Shown in pieces: positions 51,069 through 64,000 of a DNA stretch of 64,000 nt (position 1 is its first letter; each line of letters starts with the position of its first letter). Source of the DNA: Octopus sinensis (Eukaryota). The DNA lies in NCBI RefSeq assembly GCF_006345805.1, contig NC_043013.1, forward strand, positions 1,550,001 to 1,614,000, in the 5' to 3' direction. A program made the position numbers and the translations under genes. The notes beneath the pieces are model-generated. The model ran no database searches and was not told the DNA's origin. It saw nothing but the letters and a program-made list of their open reading frames with translations.

Positions 51069-51789
51069 TATAATAAAGAAATCAGACCTGGAGTGTATGT
51101 GTGTGTGCGTGTGTGAGAGAGCGAGGGACAGAGAAACAGAGAGGAAGAGAGAGCAGGAGAGAGAACATTGCAAACAATGAATGAAATAAACATGAAATGA
51201 AAAAAAATATATAAATAAAAGTTCGTTAAAAACTATCTTGTACCGAATATTTGAATTTATGAACTTGAAATATTCAATAATAAAAGGAAGTTCAGAAAGT
51301 AAATTTTCCTGAAAACTTCAATTCATAAAATATCTCACTTGCTTAGTAAATATTTCGTTCAGTAATCTATCTTAGTTTTAATGTATCTTTAATTGAAACA
51401 AAGGTAACCCAACTACGTTTACCATGCTAGAAATAGCATTGATCACATTATTGTAAAGCTTTTAACGTTTCAAACAGCCATACCATCAAAATCACTTCTT
51501 AATTTAAAAAACATTATATCGGTATATTACAAAATTTTCATTTTATCAAAAATATTCATAATATATATGAAATTATCATTTTTGAAAATAGAGGCGAAAG
51601 AGGGTGAGAGACTGTTGCACATTAAAATCTCGTCTGCAGTGAATGCAACGAATATTTAAATTTGTGAAAAACTTGTAGTTCAAATATTCAATACACTTCA
51701 GAAATGGAAATTAAAGGAAATTTCTTGGAACATGAATTTATGTAAAAATTTCCAGATGGTCAAGTCTTTAATAATTGTAATTGCTTTCT

Positions 51790-53071
51790 TTTGGTAACCG
51801 CAAAGTTCGTGCCGATTTTTAAAGGAAAGAAGAAGGTCTATAAATACTTGCCATTACATTTTTAATCAACCAAATATGAACCATTTCGTTGCACAATGCG
51901 TCTCCATCTTTCCTTTTACTTGAAAATACCCTCTTCCCAGAATTGAGGTGGTTTCGTAGCAAAGAATTAATCAAGGTATCTTTTTACGTCATCCAAGGAA
52001 TTGAAATGTTTACCTTCAAGACTATTCTGCAGAGACCTGAATAAGTGGAAATCCGAAGGAACTATATCTGGTGAATATGAAGGGAGGGGTAACACATCCC
52101 AGCCGAGCTGCAGCAATTTTTGTCTGGTTCCCAAAGAAACGTGCGGTCTTGTATTATCATGTTGGAAGACAACACCCTTCTTGTTGGCCAATTCTGGACG
52201 TTTCTCTTGCATTGCTGTTTTTAACTCGTCCAGTTGTGTGCAGTATTTCTCAGAATTAATTGTCTGGTTACTTGGGAGAAGCTTATAGTACAAAATTCCT
52301 TTCCAGTCCCACCGGACACAGAGCAAGACTTTTTTAGAGTAAAGACCGGCTTTTGGGGTGACTAAGGGTGGCTCATGTTGCTTACTCCAGGATCGCTTTC
52401 TCTGAACATTTCGGTAGATAATCCATTTCTCATCATCTGTCACAATTTGCTTTAAAAAAGGCGTCTTTTCATTCCATTTATAAAGCGAATCACTGATGGA
52501 AATGCGATCCAAAAGCTTCTTCTCACTCAACTCATGTGGTACCCAAACATCGTAGCGATTTGTGTACCCAAGGTTTACCAGGTGCCCATGAACGACGGAT
52601 TTTGATATGTTGAGGCTTTCTGCCAATTCTCGGATTGTGCAATGTGGGTTATTCTCAATTAATGACATGATTTGGTCATCATCTGTAATGGATGGTCGGC
52701 CTGATCGCTCTTTATCAATAAGGCTACAATCTCCAGCTCGGAACCTTGCGAACCACTTCCGTACAGTTCGTTCGGATAAAGAAACATCACCGTAAACTGC
52801 GCATATTTCTTTCATTGCTTGTGAGGCATTTTTCCTTTTACGGAAAAGAAAAGCATCAAGTGCCTAAAATGAACTTTCTTATCTTCCATTTAAAAGGGTT
52901 ACAGAATTAACACAGGTTATAGGAACATAGACCTTCTTCCACGAAATGATAGCTTAAACTGTGCTCTAAATGGGGGTGTAGTCAAATCCTATTTTATGGA
53001 CTCAAACTTGTTCTAAAATAAGTCGAAAGTTAAGCTACTATAAATCGGCACGAACTTTCCGGACAACCCAA
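51790..53071 (-). mobile_element. Full-length mariner of a second family; transposase 52889-51862 with a 282-aa open segment
   Basis: WVPHEL, VTDDEKW, HDNTRPH, YSPDIVPSDFHLF; TIR TTGGGTTGTCCGGAAAGTTCGTGCCGATTT; partial end copy at about 53429-53509. Confidence 0.92.
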
Positions 53072-53161
53072 TACTTTCTGAATCAAAGATAATACAGTGT
53101 TAGCAAAAAATGCAGCAATGACCCACAAAATGTATGTCCTCAAATACCTTACGCATCCTGC

Positions 53162-53212
<51 letters not shown>

Positions 53213-53281
53213 GGAGTAAACACATAAATGTGAAACAAGGTGGAAAAAAGTGTACTCAAATACCAGTGGTAGAGTAATATG

Positions 53282-53401
53282 CTTTATTTTAAGGAGCAGA
53301 AAATTCAACAAAATCTGTTACTCTGAGTTTCTCGTTGCCGAACGGCAACGAGAAACTCAGAGTAACAGATTTTGTTGAATTTTCTGCTGCTTAAAATAAA
53401 G
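53282..53401. repeat. Fold-back palindrome, 59-bp arms with a 2-nt loop
   Basis: One mismatch between arms; each arm holds a hammerhead 3-prime half (CG GCAA CG-A-GAAAC-TCAGA-GTA-ACAG). Confidence 0.9.
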
Positions 53402-53505
53402 TATATATATATATATATATATATATATTCTGTTGTGACTCAACCATGTACTAAAATAATTCGAAAGGTAAGCTACTATAAACCGGGACGAACTTTCCGG
53501 ACAAC

Positions 53506-53560
<55 letters not shown>

Positions 53561-53809
53561 TTTTTAATCCGTGGGGAGGCAATGTGAGCAGCAACTACAA
53601 GAACACTACAAAATCCACAGAAAGATCAAACACATAAATATATTCATATAATCATTTATATCTACAGAACAGATATAAAGTCCAACGTTTAAAAATATAT
53701 AAAAATATATAAAGTAATATATAAAAATATAAACATCATAAAAAAATATTTAAATTATTTCATCTTTAATATACATATACAGCTTGGCCACCCAAGTCTG
53801 TATATGTAT

Positions 53810-53878
53810 ACATATGTGTATGTATGTATGTATGTATGTATGTGTGTGTGTGTATGTATGTATGTATGTATGTATGTA

Positions 53879-53945
<67 letters not shown>

Positions 53946-53986
53946 ATGTATGTATGTATGTATGTATGTATGTATGCATGTATGTA

Positions 53987-54019
<33 letters not shown>

Positions 54020-54142
54020 ATGTATGTATGTATGTATGTGTGTGTGTGTATGTATGTATGCATGCATGCATGCATGTATGTATGTATGTATGTATGTATG
54101 TATGTATGTATGTATGTATATATATGTGTGTGTGTGTGTGTG
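53810..54142. repeat. (ATGT)n/(GT)n compound microsatellite
   Basis: Direct inspection. Confidence 0.95.
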
Positions 54143-54311
54143 TAGTTCAAATTTACTGAAAAAAGGATGAAGACGTTCAGAAACAAGCTCTGGAAGAATA
54201 AAGAAGTCTTTGACGTTCCGACCCTATGCTCTTCGACAAAAGGGATTGAGAGGAAAAAAATGGTGAGAGGAAAATGTGTAGGGGTTAACGGTTCCACATG
54301 AAGATCTATCC

Positions 54312-54376
<65 letters not shown>

Positions 54377-54670
54377 GCTCGCTAGCTATCTGTCTATCTG
54401 TCTATCTATATTTATTTGCATATATGATTGGCCTGTACTGATTGATGCAATACAATTAGATGCACAATATCCTATCCCCATAGAACAAATGCAGGATGGG
54501 TCGAAACGATCGTCGTGCTGAATAGAGATTTGCACCAAATCCATCTTCCGCTTCCTTCATCAATTATATATATATTACTGTTCTATATTTTAGAGATGAG
54601 GAATTATGTACAATGAGAACAGAGTACCCAAGTAGTCAAATGAAAGGTTGGGTTCGAAATTCCATCACGA

Positions 54671-54712
54671 CACCTGATGAAGGCTGGAGAGTACATCAGC
54701 CGAAACGTTGTG
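54671..54712 (+). ncRNA. Canonical minimal type I hammerhead (same family as 24310 and 24674)
   Basis: CAC-CTGATGA-A-GGCTG..CAGCC-GAAAC-GTT-GTG; palindromic ACGT stem III. Confidence 0.75.
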
Positions 54713-54774
54713 ATAACAACAAACAAGGTGAGGACCCCTGTCCGTCCATTGTAAATAATGCATATTTATATATT

Positions 54775-55003
54775 CTTTTATTCTTCTATTTGTTTCAGTC
54801 ATTTGACTGTAGCCATGCTAGAGCACGACCTTTAGGCAAACAGATCGACCCAGGACTTATTCTTTGTGAGCCTTAGTACTTAGTCTATCGTTCTCTTTTG
54901 TCGAACTGCTAAGTTACAGGGATGTAAACACACCATCATCGGTTGTCAAGCGCTGGGGACAAACACAGACACACAAACATATACATACACACAAACACAC
55001 ACA

Positions 55004-55034
<31 letters not shown>

Positions 55035-55192
55035 TATATGTGACGGTCGTCTTCAGCCAAATCTAATCACAAGGCTTTGGTCGGCCGGAGGCTATAGTAG
55101 AATACACTTGCCCAAGTTGTCACACAGTGGACTGAACCCAAAACCACGTGGTTGGTAAGCAAGCTACTTAGCACACAACCACTCCTGCACCT
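54775..55192 (-). mobile_element. SINE family A
   Basis: Reverse complement of the 10557 family. Confidence 0.85.
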
Positions 55193-55303
55193 ATATATAT
55201 GTGTGTGTATGTGTGTGTATGTATATATATATATCTGTCTATGTATATATCAATCTATTTATCTATATATGTGTACACATGTACATACACACCACACATA
55301 TAC

Positions 55304-55334
<31 letters not shown>

Positions 55335-55458
55335 ATATATTATACATACATATGTACACATATATATATATATATACATGAAGAATATATAAATATATAT
55401 ATGTGTGTGAGTGTGTATATGTGTTTCAGTCAATGTTTATATGCATTTATATATATAT

Positions 55459-55495
<37 letters not shown>

Positions 55496-55534
55496 TGTGT
55501 GTGTGTGTGTGTGTGTGTTGTGTTGTGTGTATGT

Positions 55535-55586
<52 letters not shown>

Positions 55587-55778
55587 CCCTTGTATTTGAA
55601 TACTATGCAAATATTCTTTTAAAAATCTTGTCATTTAATTTTTCCAAAATTTAATTATTTTCCATACTTACAGTTGAAAAAGTCGCAATGACTGAAACCG
55701 GTACTGAAATGTTTTTTATAAAATTATTTTAGCATTTTCTACCTTGACTTTTTTCCATATATATATATATATATATAT

Positions 55779-56470
55779 ATGAAATAGTGTACATTTAAAC
55801 ACAAGAGAAAATTGCTTTCAACAGGCAGATTTTACACGCTAGAAGAAGTAGTCAAAACGACCAAAACCACATTTAAGAGCAATCTTCAAAAGGAATGAAA
55901 AATAAAACTTTTACTTTGTTATTTTATTCCGGTCAGACCTAGGTTTCTAAATTTTTTAGTCGTTTTGGGTCGTTTTGACTACTTCTTCTAGCGGTGGTGA
56001 ATTTTCAAAAAAAAAAGAAAGAAAAACAACGCTCATCACCCTTTTTAGCAATTTTAAAAGATTAGTTCGGCAGTCATTCATTTACTGCCGACTGATGCTG
56101 CCCTTGCGCGGTGAATTTGAAAAATTATAATGTATAACATAGAGACACGTGTTAATCGTCTCTTAATTATATGTTAGTGTTATGACGCGGTCACTGATGA
56201 AAAATTTCGCCTAGCAAATTATTTTATTTGCTAAAAAAATTTAGAAACCTAGGTCTCACCGGATTAAGATAACAAGGTAAAAGTTTTTATTTTTCATTAC
56301 TTTTGAAGATTGCTCTTAAATGTAGTTTTGGTCGTTTTGACTACTTCTTCTAGCGTGTAAAAGCAGCCTGTTGAAAGGAGTTTTTCGCTTGTGTTTAAAT
56401 GTACACTATTTTATATTTGAAAATATGTTGTCTATTGACTTTTTATACATGCTAGGCCACTGGTGGTGAA
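55779..56470. mobile_element. Fold-back/MITE-like element with about 175-bp inverted arms
   Basis: 55779-55955 is the reverse complement of about 56233-56415; an internal partial copy of the right arm is present. Confidence 0.65.
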
Positions 56471-56640
56471 TTTTCAAAATTATTCGCCACGCTATATATA
56501 TATATATATATATATATGAAAGAATGGAGCTGAACGACGAATTAACAAAATTCCTTTAATATCATTATCGCTATGGGCTCCGTGTGAGCAATCATCTAAA
56601 AGTTTTTTGTGCATTTTAATGTTGACATAAGTTCCTTGCT

Positions 56641-56721
56641 TTTCCTGATAAGAAAGCGGCATAATGTACTCCTTATTCCTTCGCACTTAGGAATATGAAG
56701 CCTTCGAAACATATGTCGAAA
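56641..56721 (+). ncRNA. Hammerhead motif of the 12907 family with G8 mutated
   Basis: TTTC-CTGATAA-GAAAGC...GCCTTC-GAAAC-ATAT-GTC-GAAA; 45-bp inverted arms at 56516-56560 and 56723-56766. Confidence 0.6.
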
Positions 56722-56928
56722 ATAAAGGAATTCTGTTAATTCGTCGTTCAGCTCCATTCTTTCATATATTTATATTTTTAAAATAAACATACAAATTTCC
56801 ACACGAAAGCACGTAACCTATGCCCTAGGTACGTAACTTCAACCGTGTTTTTTCTGATGTGAATTTGCTACCCAGGTATCGGTTAATTTGAATTATCCTT
56901 AATAAGATAATTCATTCAACTACTCAAA

Positions 56929-56965
<37 letters not shown>

Positions 56966-57291
56966 TACTGCCCACAAGGGGCTAAACATAGAGGGGACAA
57001 ACAAGGACAGACAAAGGGATTAAGTCGATTACATCGACCCCAGCGCGTAACTGGTACTTTATTTATCGACCCCGAAAGGATGAAAGGCAAAGTCGACCTC
57101 GGCGGAATTTGAACTCAGAACGTAACGGCAGACGAAATACTGCTACGCATTTCGCCCGGCCTGCTAACGTTTCTGCCAGCTCACCGCCTCACATATATAT
57201 ATATCTTACGCACCCTGTATATTCATATATATGTAAACACATATAGATATATGCATATATATATATATGCATATATATATATATATATGCA

Positions 57292-57328
<37 letters not shown>

Positions 57329-57338
57329 ATATATATAT

Positions 57339-59855
57339 GTTGTACTACGGACCGACAGAAAAGAAAGGAGTCATGGAGGAGTTGCTATGTACATCCGTGA
57401 GGACCTCACACCCCAGGTCCTTTTGTCATACTCAAACTCGGTGTGTGACACACTAATTATAGATATAAGGCAACTTGGTGTAGTTGTGTGTGCTACATAT
57501 CGTCCTCCAGATGCCCCAAGCCATGTAGGCAAGTTTGAAGACTGCCTTATAAAAATAGAAGTTCTAGTCACATTAGAACAACACATAAGTGTACTTCTTA
57601 TGGGAGACTTCAATCTACCCAATGTCAGATGGCCCGAGGGCCTTTCTCTCCCAGGAATGACACGATGTGAACGAGGACAGGCGAGGTCCCTTCTGAATCT
57701 CATCAACACCCTGTACATGGAGCAAGTAATACTCCAACCACCCAGGGCAGGTAACATACTGGATCTCTGCTTCACAAAGGGCAGGTAACATACTGGATCT
57801 CTGCTTCACAAATAATATGGATCTCATCCATAATGTGAAAGTGACACCGACACTACTCTCGGATCACAACATGGTAGAGCTGACCATGTACGGGCCAAAG
57901 GAAAGCATGGACATGCAGCCTACAAGTAACTCTCAGAATCTTTCCAGCTTCAACTTCCATTAGGCAAACTGGAAACAAATTAAGAAAGAGATCCTCAAAC
58001 AAAACTGGCCTGAATGTCTCTCCTCGCCAGACATCGACATGTCTGTAATGCAAGCCATATGCTACAAATGTGTCCCAGAGAGAAAGGCCACTGTACACAT
58101 GAACAAAATCCCCAGAGAGAGGAAAATTCTAATGAGACGGCGTACAAAAGTTTCAAATCGCTTAAACAAACAAATTGAAAGCAGTGAAAAGTCCCGCTTG
58201 AAAATAAAACTGTTGGAAATTGAAAAATGTCTGCAACTCTCCCATGAAAAGGAAAGAGCAGACAAAGAAGCCTGGGCTATAGACAACATAACATCTAACC
58301 CCTGGGCTTATAACAGGTATGCCAAAGAAACAGCTACGGTGCACTGTAGGATAGGGCCACTCCTTGAAAAGGATGGCACACTCATAGGAAATCCAATGAG
58401 GGTAAGTGAAATACTGAATGAGCAATTCAACAGTGTTTTCACTCCACCCCTTGGGCATTTCCAAATCAGCAATCCAACTGACTTCTTTACCACTGCAGAT
58501 ATAAAATCAGAGGCAGCGATGATTTATTACATTAATATAAAGGAAGACGATGTAATAAAGGCTATAGATGAAATGAAAACAAACTCAGCTACTGGCCCCG
58601 ATGGATTCCCGGCAATCCTTCTAAAAGTATGTTAGAGAGTCCTAGCAAGACCACTGCAGTTCCTCTTTCAGAGCTTCCTTGCAACTGGCAAACTTCCAAG
58701 AAAACTGAAGGAAGGTAAAATATGCCCTATTCATAAAGGAGGTAGCAGAGCGGAGGCCAAGAACTACAGACCTATCTCGCAAATAGTGAGCGGTGTTCCG
58801 CAGGGCACTGTTTTGGGACCACTACTGTTCATAATGGCCCTCTCAGACATGCCCTCAGCCACGCAGAGAGCCACGATCACAAGTTATGTAGATGATACAA
58901 AAGTTTCACAGGCAATACAGAACCCTGAAGACACTAAGCACCTGCAATGTGAGCTGGACAAAATATACAAGTGGGCTGAAAGGAATAGCATGCAGTTCAA
59001 TGTTGAAAAGTTTCAAGCTTTATGCTATCAGCATGCAAAACTAAATGCAATACCCAATGAATACACTGGACCCGGAGGGATTGCAATCCCAGAGGCACAA
59101 TCAGTGCGTGACCTGGGTATTTACATGAGTGATGACGCAACCTTTCGTGTACATGTTGCTAAATTGGCAATGAAATGTAGACGGCTGGCCGGATGGATTC
59201 TTAGAACCTTTAGAACAAGAGACCAAGAAACCATGATGGTCCTCTGGAGGACACTTGTCCTAAGCCACTTTGACTATTGCTCTCGGCTATGGTCACCATC
59301 CAGTGTCAAGTTGATCACAGAACTTGAGGCGATCCAGCGAAGCTACACGAAGAAGATAGCCTCTGTACAGCATATAAGCTACTGGGAAAGACTCAAGAGA
59401 TTAAAACTCTATTCCTTGGAGCGTAGGCGAGAAAGATATGACATAATATACATCTGGAAGGACTTGTCCCAAACTTTGGCATCGAGAGCTACACAAATGG
59501 CAGAACTGGGCGCCACTGCGTGGTGCCAAGGACTCCAAATTTGCCATCAAGATGTAGGACAATATACTGTGATAGCCTGGGCTTCAGAGGCCCACAGCTC
59601 TTCAATATCCTCCCGAAGAACCTGAGGGACCTGCATGGGGTGGATGCAGATGTCTTTAAAGTAGGACTGGATCTCTTCCTGTCAGGTGTCCCGAATGAAC
59701 CAACTTCACGGCAGGAGGTGCAGATGAGGGCAGCTGCATCGAACTCTCTCATGCACCAAATGGCAGTTGCTAAAAAGCATTCGTGAAGTAAAATCATGTA
59801 GCAACAGCAAATGGCGGTGCCCCAGCATGGCCACAGCTCGTGAGCTGAAACTAGT
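57339..59855 (+). mobile_element. CR1-type LINE family 2 (APE endonuclease plus RT), disrupted, with an internal RT deletion
   Basis: GGVAMYI, YRPPD, LMGDFNLP, GNILDLCF, NYRPIS joined to VSGVPQGTVLG, YVDDTK; tandem duplication near 57745-57812. Confidence 0.92.
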
Positions 59856-59873
59856 TAAAATAAAATATATATA

Positions 59874-59965
<92 letters not shown>

Positions 59966-59968
<3 letters not shown>

Positions 59969-60179
59969 GCGCAATGGCCCAGTGGTTAGGGCAGCGGACT
60001 TGCGGTCGGAGGATTGCGGTCTCGATTCCCAGACCGGGCGTTGTGTGTGTTTATTGAGCGAAAACACCTAAAAGCTCCACGAGGCTCCGGCAGGGGATGG
60101 TGGTGATCCCTGTTGTACTCTTTCACCACTCTAAAGGCGGTGCTCCAGCATGGCCGCAGTCAAATGACTGAAACAAGTA
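59966..60179 (+). mobile_element. Chimeric SINE: family B head joined to family A tail
   Basis: Matches the 39998 copy up to CTCTTTCACCAC, then TAAAGGCGGTGCTCCAGCATGGCCGCAGTCAAATGACTGAAAC. Confidence 0.75.
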
Positions 60180-60299
60180 CAAAAAATATATATATATATA
60201 TTATATATATATATATTATATATATGTAGAGAGAGAGAGAGAGAGAAGAGAGAGAAAATAGTAAAAAGTGAAAAAACTACAGAAGGTTTTATAAGGTTA

Positions 60300-62310
60300 A
60301 AGAATATATTTGAGTCATTATGTTGGAAGAATGTTATAAAATTTTTTCATACAGTAACATAGTTTTTGAAGAAATTACCGGTTTCGTGTTAACTTTTCAA
60401 ATTTCTCAAGTGTCTTTACCTACATCGTGTTATGTCTTCGTTATGAAGTGCAAAGAAGAGTTCCAGGCAGGGGGAGGTAATGAGCGATTTCTTCCGGTAT
60501 AAGGAAGATAATCGCTTTATATTTCTTTTCCCTTTATCTAATGGAGTGAGTTTCTCTGTATAAGAATGTTAGAGTGGTTAAGTTTTGGTTTATATTTTTC
60601 AATGAAGAATGTTTCCTTGTTTTATCTAATTTGTGTTGGTGTTCCAATAGCACATTGATAGAATGGAAAGATTAAAAATTGTGGTAGTAGTTGCTTTGCG
60701 CATTTCTCAATATGCTCACTAAAGGGTATCATTCTGTATTCTGGGAATGCAACCTGAGTGATAGTTCCGTGGACCGTACGTAGTTTTGGTGGCAGCCCGA
60801 GCACCTTATGACATAAATTATGTTTTCAGAAGCACAAGTAAAATTAGATTTGATCTTGAATTTTTGTCCCTCTTTGAAAAGAAATTCTGATCCTTCTAGA
60901 AGGTTTGGTCATGTTGCGCAGTTTGGTCTACCACATTTTTTTTACTTTTGCATCCGTAGTTTCAGAAAACAATTTTGCCTTTGTGAGAATCTTTTTAAGT
61001 GATTTCGGTTGTTTGTAGCTTTTAATGATTTTATGTATGTTTAGAATTCCTTTATTTGGGGTCCTTATGAAGTATTGGTAAATTCTGGGTGATGATGGTG
61101 AAGGCTTCTTTGTTTCTGGGGTTGTATGTGGATATGTAAGGCAGTATTTTCGGGGAAGGTGTGTTGTTGTGTTGAACTTTTCTCAAAGTTTCTATGTCGA
61201 TTTCTGTTGCACGTCTGATCCCATCCTCTATGAGTTGAGCTGGGTAGTGTCTGTCAATTAGGGTGTTTTTGAGTTCTTGTAGTCTCAAGTTCCTGGTATT
61301 TTGTTCTGACACTATTGTGCATGTCCTTCTTGCAAGGTTGAAAGGGATGTTTGTTTTAGTGTGTCTTGGGTGGTATGAATCAAAAAGTAGGTATTGTTTA
61401 GCGTCTGTGGCTTTGTAAAAAATGTCTGTTTCTATTTTAAGGTTAATTTTTTTAATTAGTATATCTAAGAATGGAAGCTCCTTTTGGTTGTATTCCGTTG
61501 TGAACTGTATATTTGGGTTGATGCTGTTCAATAGGTTTTTGAATTTTAGGAGTGTATCTGTGTTTTCATTCCAGAGTATAAAATAATCGTCCAGGAATCT
61601 TTTCCAATTCTCTTTTTTGTATTGAGAGAGGGGGTTTCCAAAGGTCGATAAAGATTCCTGGTATACAATTATTTCCAGGTAGCCCATTGTTAGGTTCGCA
61701 ATGACTGGTACTGCCCTTGTACCCATAGCAATTCCGGATTTTTTACGGTAAAATGTATTGTCAAACATGAAGTGGTTATTTTGTAGGATGAATTCAACCG
61801 ATTTAGTAATGAATTCTTTACTGATCCTTTTTTGTATTTCTTCCGGAAATTGGTCCAGCCAGAACTGTATTGCTTCTAGTCCATAATTATGAGGTATACT
61901 GGAATATAAATTAACTACATCAAATGAAACCATGATTGTTTCTTCTTTGACTTTTTTTGGAAGGTGGTTTAACATATCCAAGTCATCTCTGATATGACTA
62001 TCGATATGTTTAAGGAAGGGTTTCAGGAGGATGTCCATAAATAGACTTAGTCTGTGTGTTTCACAGGTTGGGCCAGCTACAATGGGTCGTAGTTTTAGGT
62101 CCCCCGGGTTAGGTGTGTGTATGTATGTCTTTGGTGATTTTTTAATGGTTTTATTTATAATTTGGCTTTTATATATTTTTGGCAGACCATAGAAGAGGCT
62201 AGGCTTGCATTTAAAGTTTGTTAGAAAGTCAATCTCTTTGGTTGTTAGTTCCTTTTCATGGGTTTTAATTAGTGAAGACAGAGTTTTCATTATTTTTTGC
62301 TCAAATCTTC
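60300..62310 (-). mobile_element. 5-prime-truncated Penelope-like element: RT (412-aa open segment 62290-61052) plus decayed GIY-YIG endonuclease
   Basis: FYGLPKIYK, LRPIV, FDVVNLYSSIP, GIAMG, RFLDD, LPFLD, YLLFDSYHP; downstream IRCSGC and FIEKYKPKLN. Confidence 0.92.
60371..60405 (-). ncRNA. Decayed hammerhead in the Penelope 3-prime repeat
   Basis: GAAAT-TTGAAAA-GTTAACAC-GAAAC-CG-GTA-ATTTC; stem I and palindromic ACCGGT intact, core mutated. Confidence 0.5.
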
Positions 62311-63517
62311 TAGAATGTATTAAGAATGCATAAATATATTATTGAGAAAAGGAAATATTATCTAAGAAAGAAGCAAATGAATTTAACTACAAATACGAAG
62401 AAATGGTAAAAATTCTCCTCCATTGTATTTAATGTACAAACCAGAAGCAAATGAGTGAGCTTCTGTTTAGTCCCTGGTCACTGTTAGCAATATCAAGTAA
62501 ATCACCTTCAAATTTGAAACGGGACAATCATATTGGATAAAGTAATTCCGGATATGATTTGCACAAGGGAAGGGATGACCATAGCTGAAGCGCCTTTGAC
62601 CCTAGATCTGATCAATAGGTCTGAACTAGAGTTAAACAACAACAACAGCCTCTTAACCCTTTGATGCCGGTATTACCCGAGGCATGCGAGACACTGCTCC
62701 GGATTTTTTTTTTTATCTATTGAGGCCACACAAACACACAAGTGCCAACGAACTCGCGTCTGTTCACGTTCACCGTTACAATGACATAGCGTCGTACATT
62801 TACGTCGACCGGTTTATGAAAACGAACTCTGTGAAGCTATTTATCATAATATGATATGCACGAGTTATTCCTACTCAAGTTTTAAAATTGCTTGCGTGTG
62901 GTACAACTCAAAGCACGGTATTATGCATGTAAAGTGTCCGCATGTCATTAGTCTACTACTAGTCTCATGACTTGAACGTAACCTAAAATAGCTAAGATAA
63001 TGCACGGAACGGCGATAGCGAGCGTAAACATACGTCAGCCGCTAAAATGTCCGTGATTGACGTAGGGCAGCTCTACATCGAATATTTACGTTAACCGCGG
63101 GTAGGCAAGCAAAAGTGTGATCGCATATTTGCGTCAACCGTTCTCAAGCGGTCAATAATCCTCTTCCTCATCGTCAACTACAAAAACAACAGTAACGACA
63201 AGCAGCCCATTAAATCTTCAAATTCTGAACACAAAATACTCCTCCGATAAATAACTAAATTCGTACACATATCACAGAAATCTCATCAAACATGACCATA
63301 CTGCCAATGCTGGTTTTAAGCTTGCGTGAATTGAATTATATTGTCTTTGAAATTTCTGGTCAAATCGACTTCATTGTGCGATTGTTATAAATAAAAATCA
63401 AGCAAATCTTGTCACTTGGATTTTATTCTAATTCTTTTCCAATTATAAATTCATGGATAAAAAACAAACAAAAACTGTGCAAATGATAAATTCAAATCTC
63501 ATTTTCAAAGAATATTA

Positions 63518-63898
63518 AGGCGGCGAACTGGCAGAAACGTTAGAACGCCGGGCAAAATGCTTGGCGGTATTTTGTCTGCCGCAACGTTCTGAGTTCAAAT
63601 TCCGCCGAGGTCGACTTTGCCTTTCATCCTTTCGGGGTCGATTAAATAAGTACCAGTTATAATCGACTTAATCCGTTTGTCTGTCCTTGTTTGTCTTCTC
63701 TGTGTTTAGCCCCCTGTGGGCAGTAAAGAAATAGAAATAAGTATTACGTCTGCCGCTACGTTCTGAGTTCAAATTCCGCCGATGTCGACTTTGCCTTTCA
63801 TCATTTCGGGGTCGAATAATTAAGTACCAGTTGCGTACTGGGGTCAACTTAATCCCCTCCCCCCAAAATTTCAGGCCCTGTGCCTAGAGCAGAAAAGT
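63518..63898 (+). mobile_element. SINE family C, dimeric form, with a 17-bp TSD
   Basis: ATTTTCAAAGAATATTA at 63501-63517 and 63899-63915; central domain occurs twice. Confidence 0.85.
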
Positions 63899-64000
63899 AT
63901 TTTCAAAGAATATTATAGAAATATTGTTTTATTTATTCATGGGGAAAGTAATAATAATTTGAATAAAATAATCTAAATCCTACATTTCTTTTCTTCAATT

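Noticed and set aside
54500-54520. GAAAC-GATC-GTC-GTG hammerhead 3-prime half
   Set aside because: No CUGANGA core upstream, so it was not counted.
62653-63260. piggyBac-like end (TTAA-CCCTT) and an acidic frame on the minus strand
   Set aside because: No matching AAGGG-TTAA end and no catalytic motifs were found.

Overview
AT-rich, microsatellite-dense eukaryotic DNA. The SINE families and repeat content suggest an octopus or other coleoid cephalopod genome (inference, not verified). Most of the window is transposable-element debris: R4/Dong-like LINEs with a restriction-like endonuclease, three CR1-type LINE families, RTE tails, a Penelope element, three full-length decayed mariners, hAT and mariner MITEs, and several tRNA-derived SINE families. 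An unidentified multi-exon host gene probably lies on the + strand at about 23.3-32.9 kb; several of its exons join only if single bases are restored in homopolymer runs. Highlights: (1) about 18 type I hammerhead ribozyme motifs from roughly ten sequence families, many in inverted pairs, one within a 489-bp unit with a 50-bp terminal direct repeat and one in a circularly permuted arrangement (retrozyme or Penelope-pLTR-like); (2) a 1974-bp retroelement bounded by a 15-bp target-site duplication that encodes only an ORF1 with a zinc knuckle; (3) a 3-prime hairpin shared by SINEs and CR1 LINEs with compensatory base changes; (4) trains of R4/Dong-like LINE ends stacked in (AAT)n tracts. All family assignments come from by-eye motif recognition; no searches were run.
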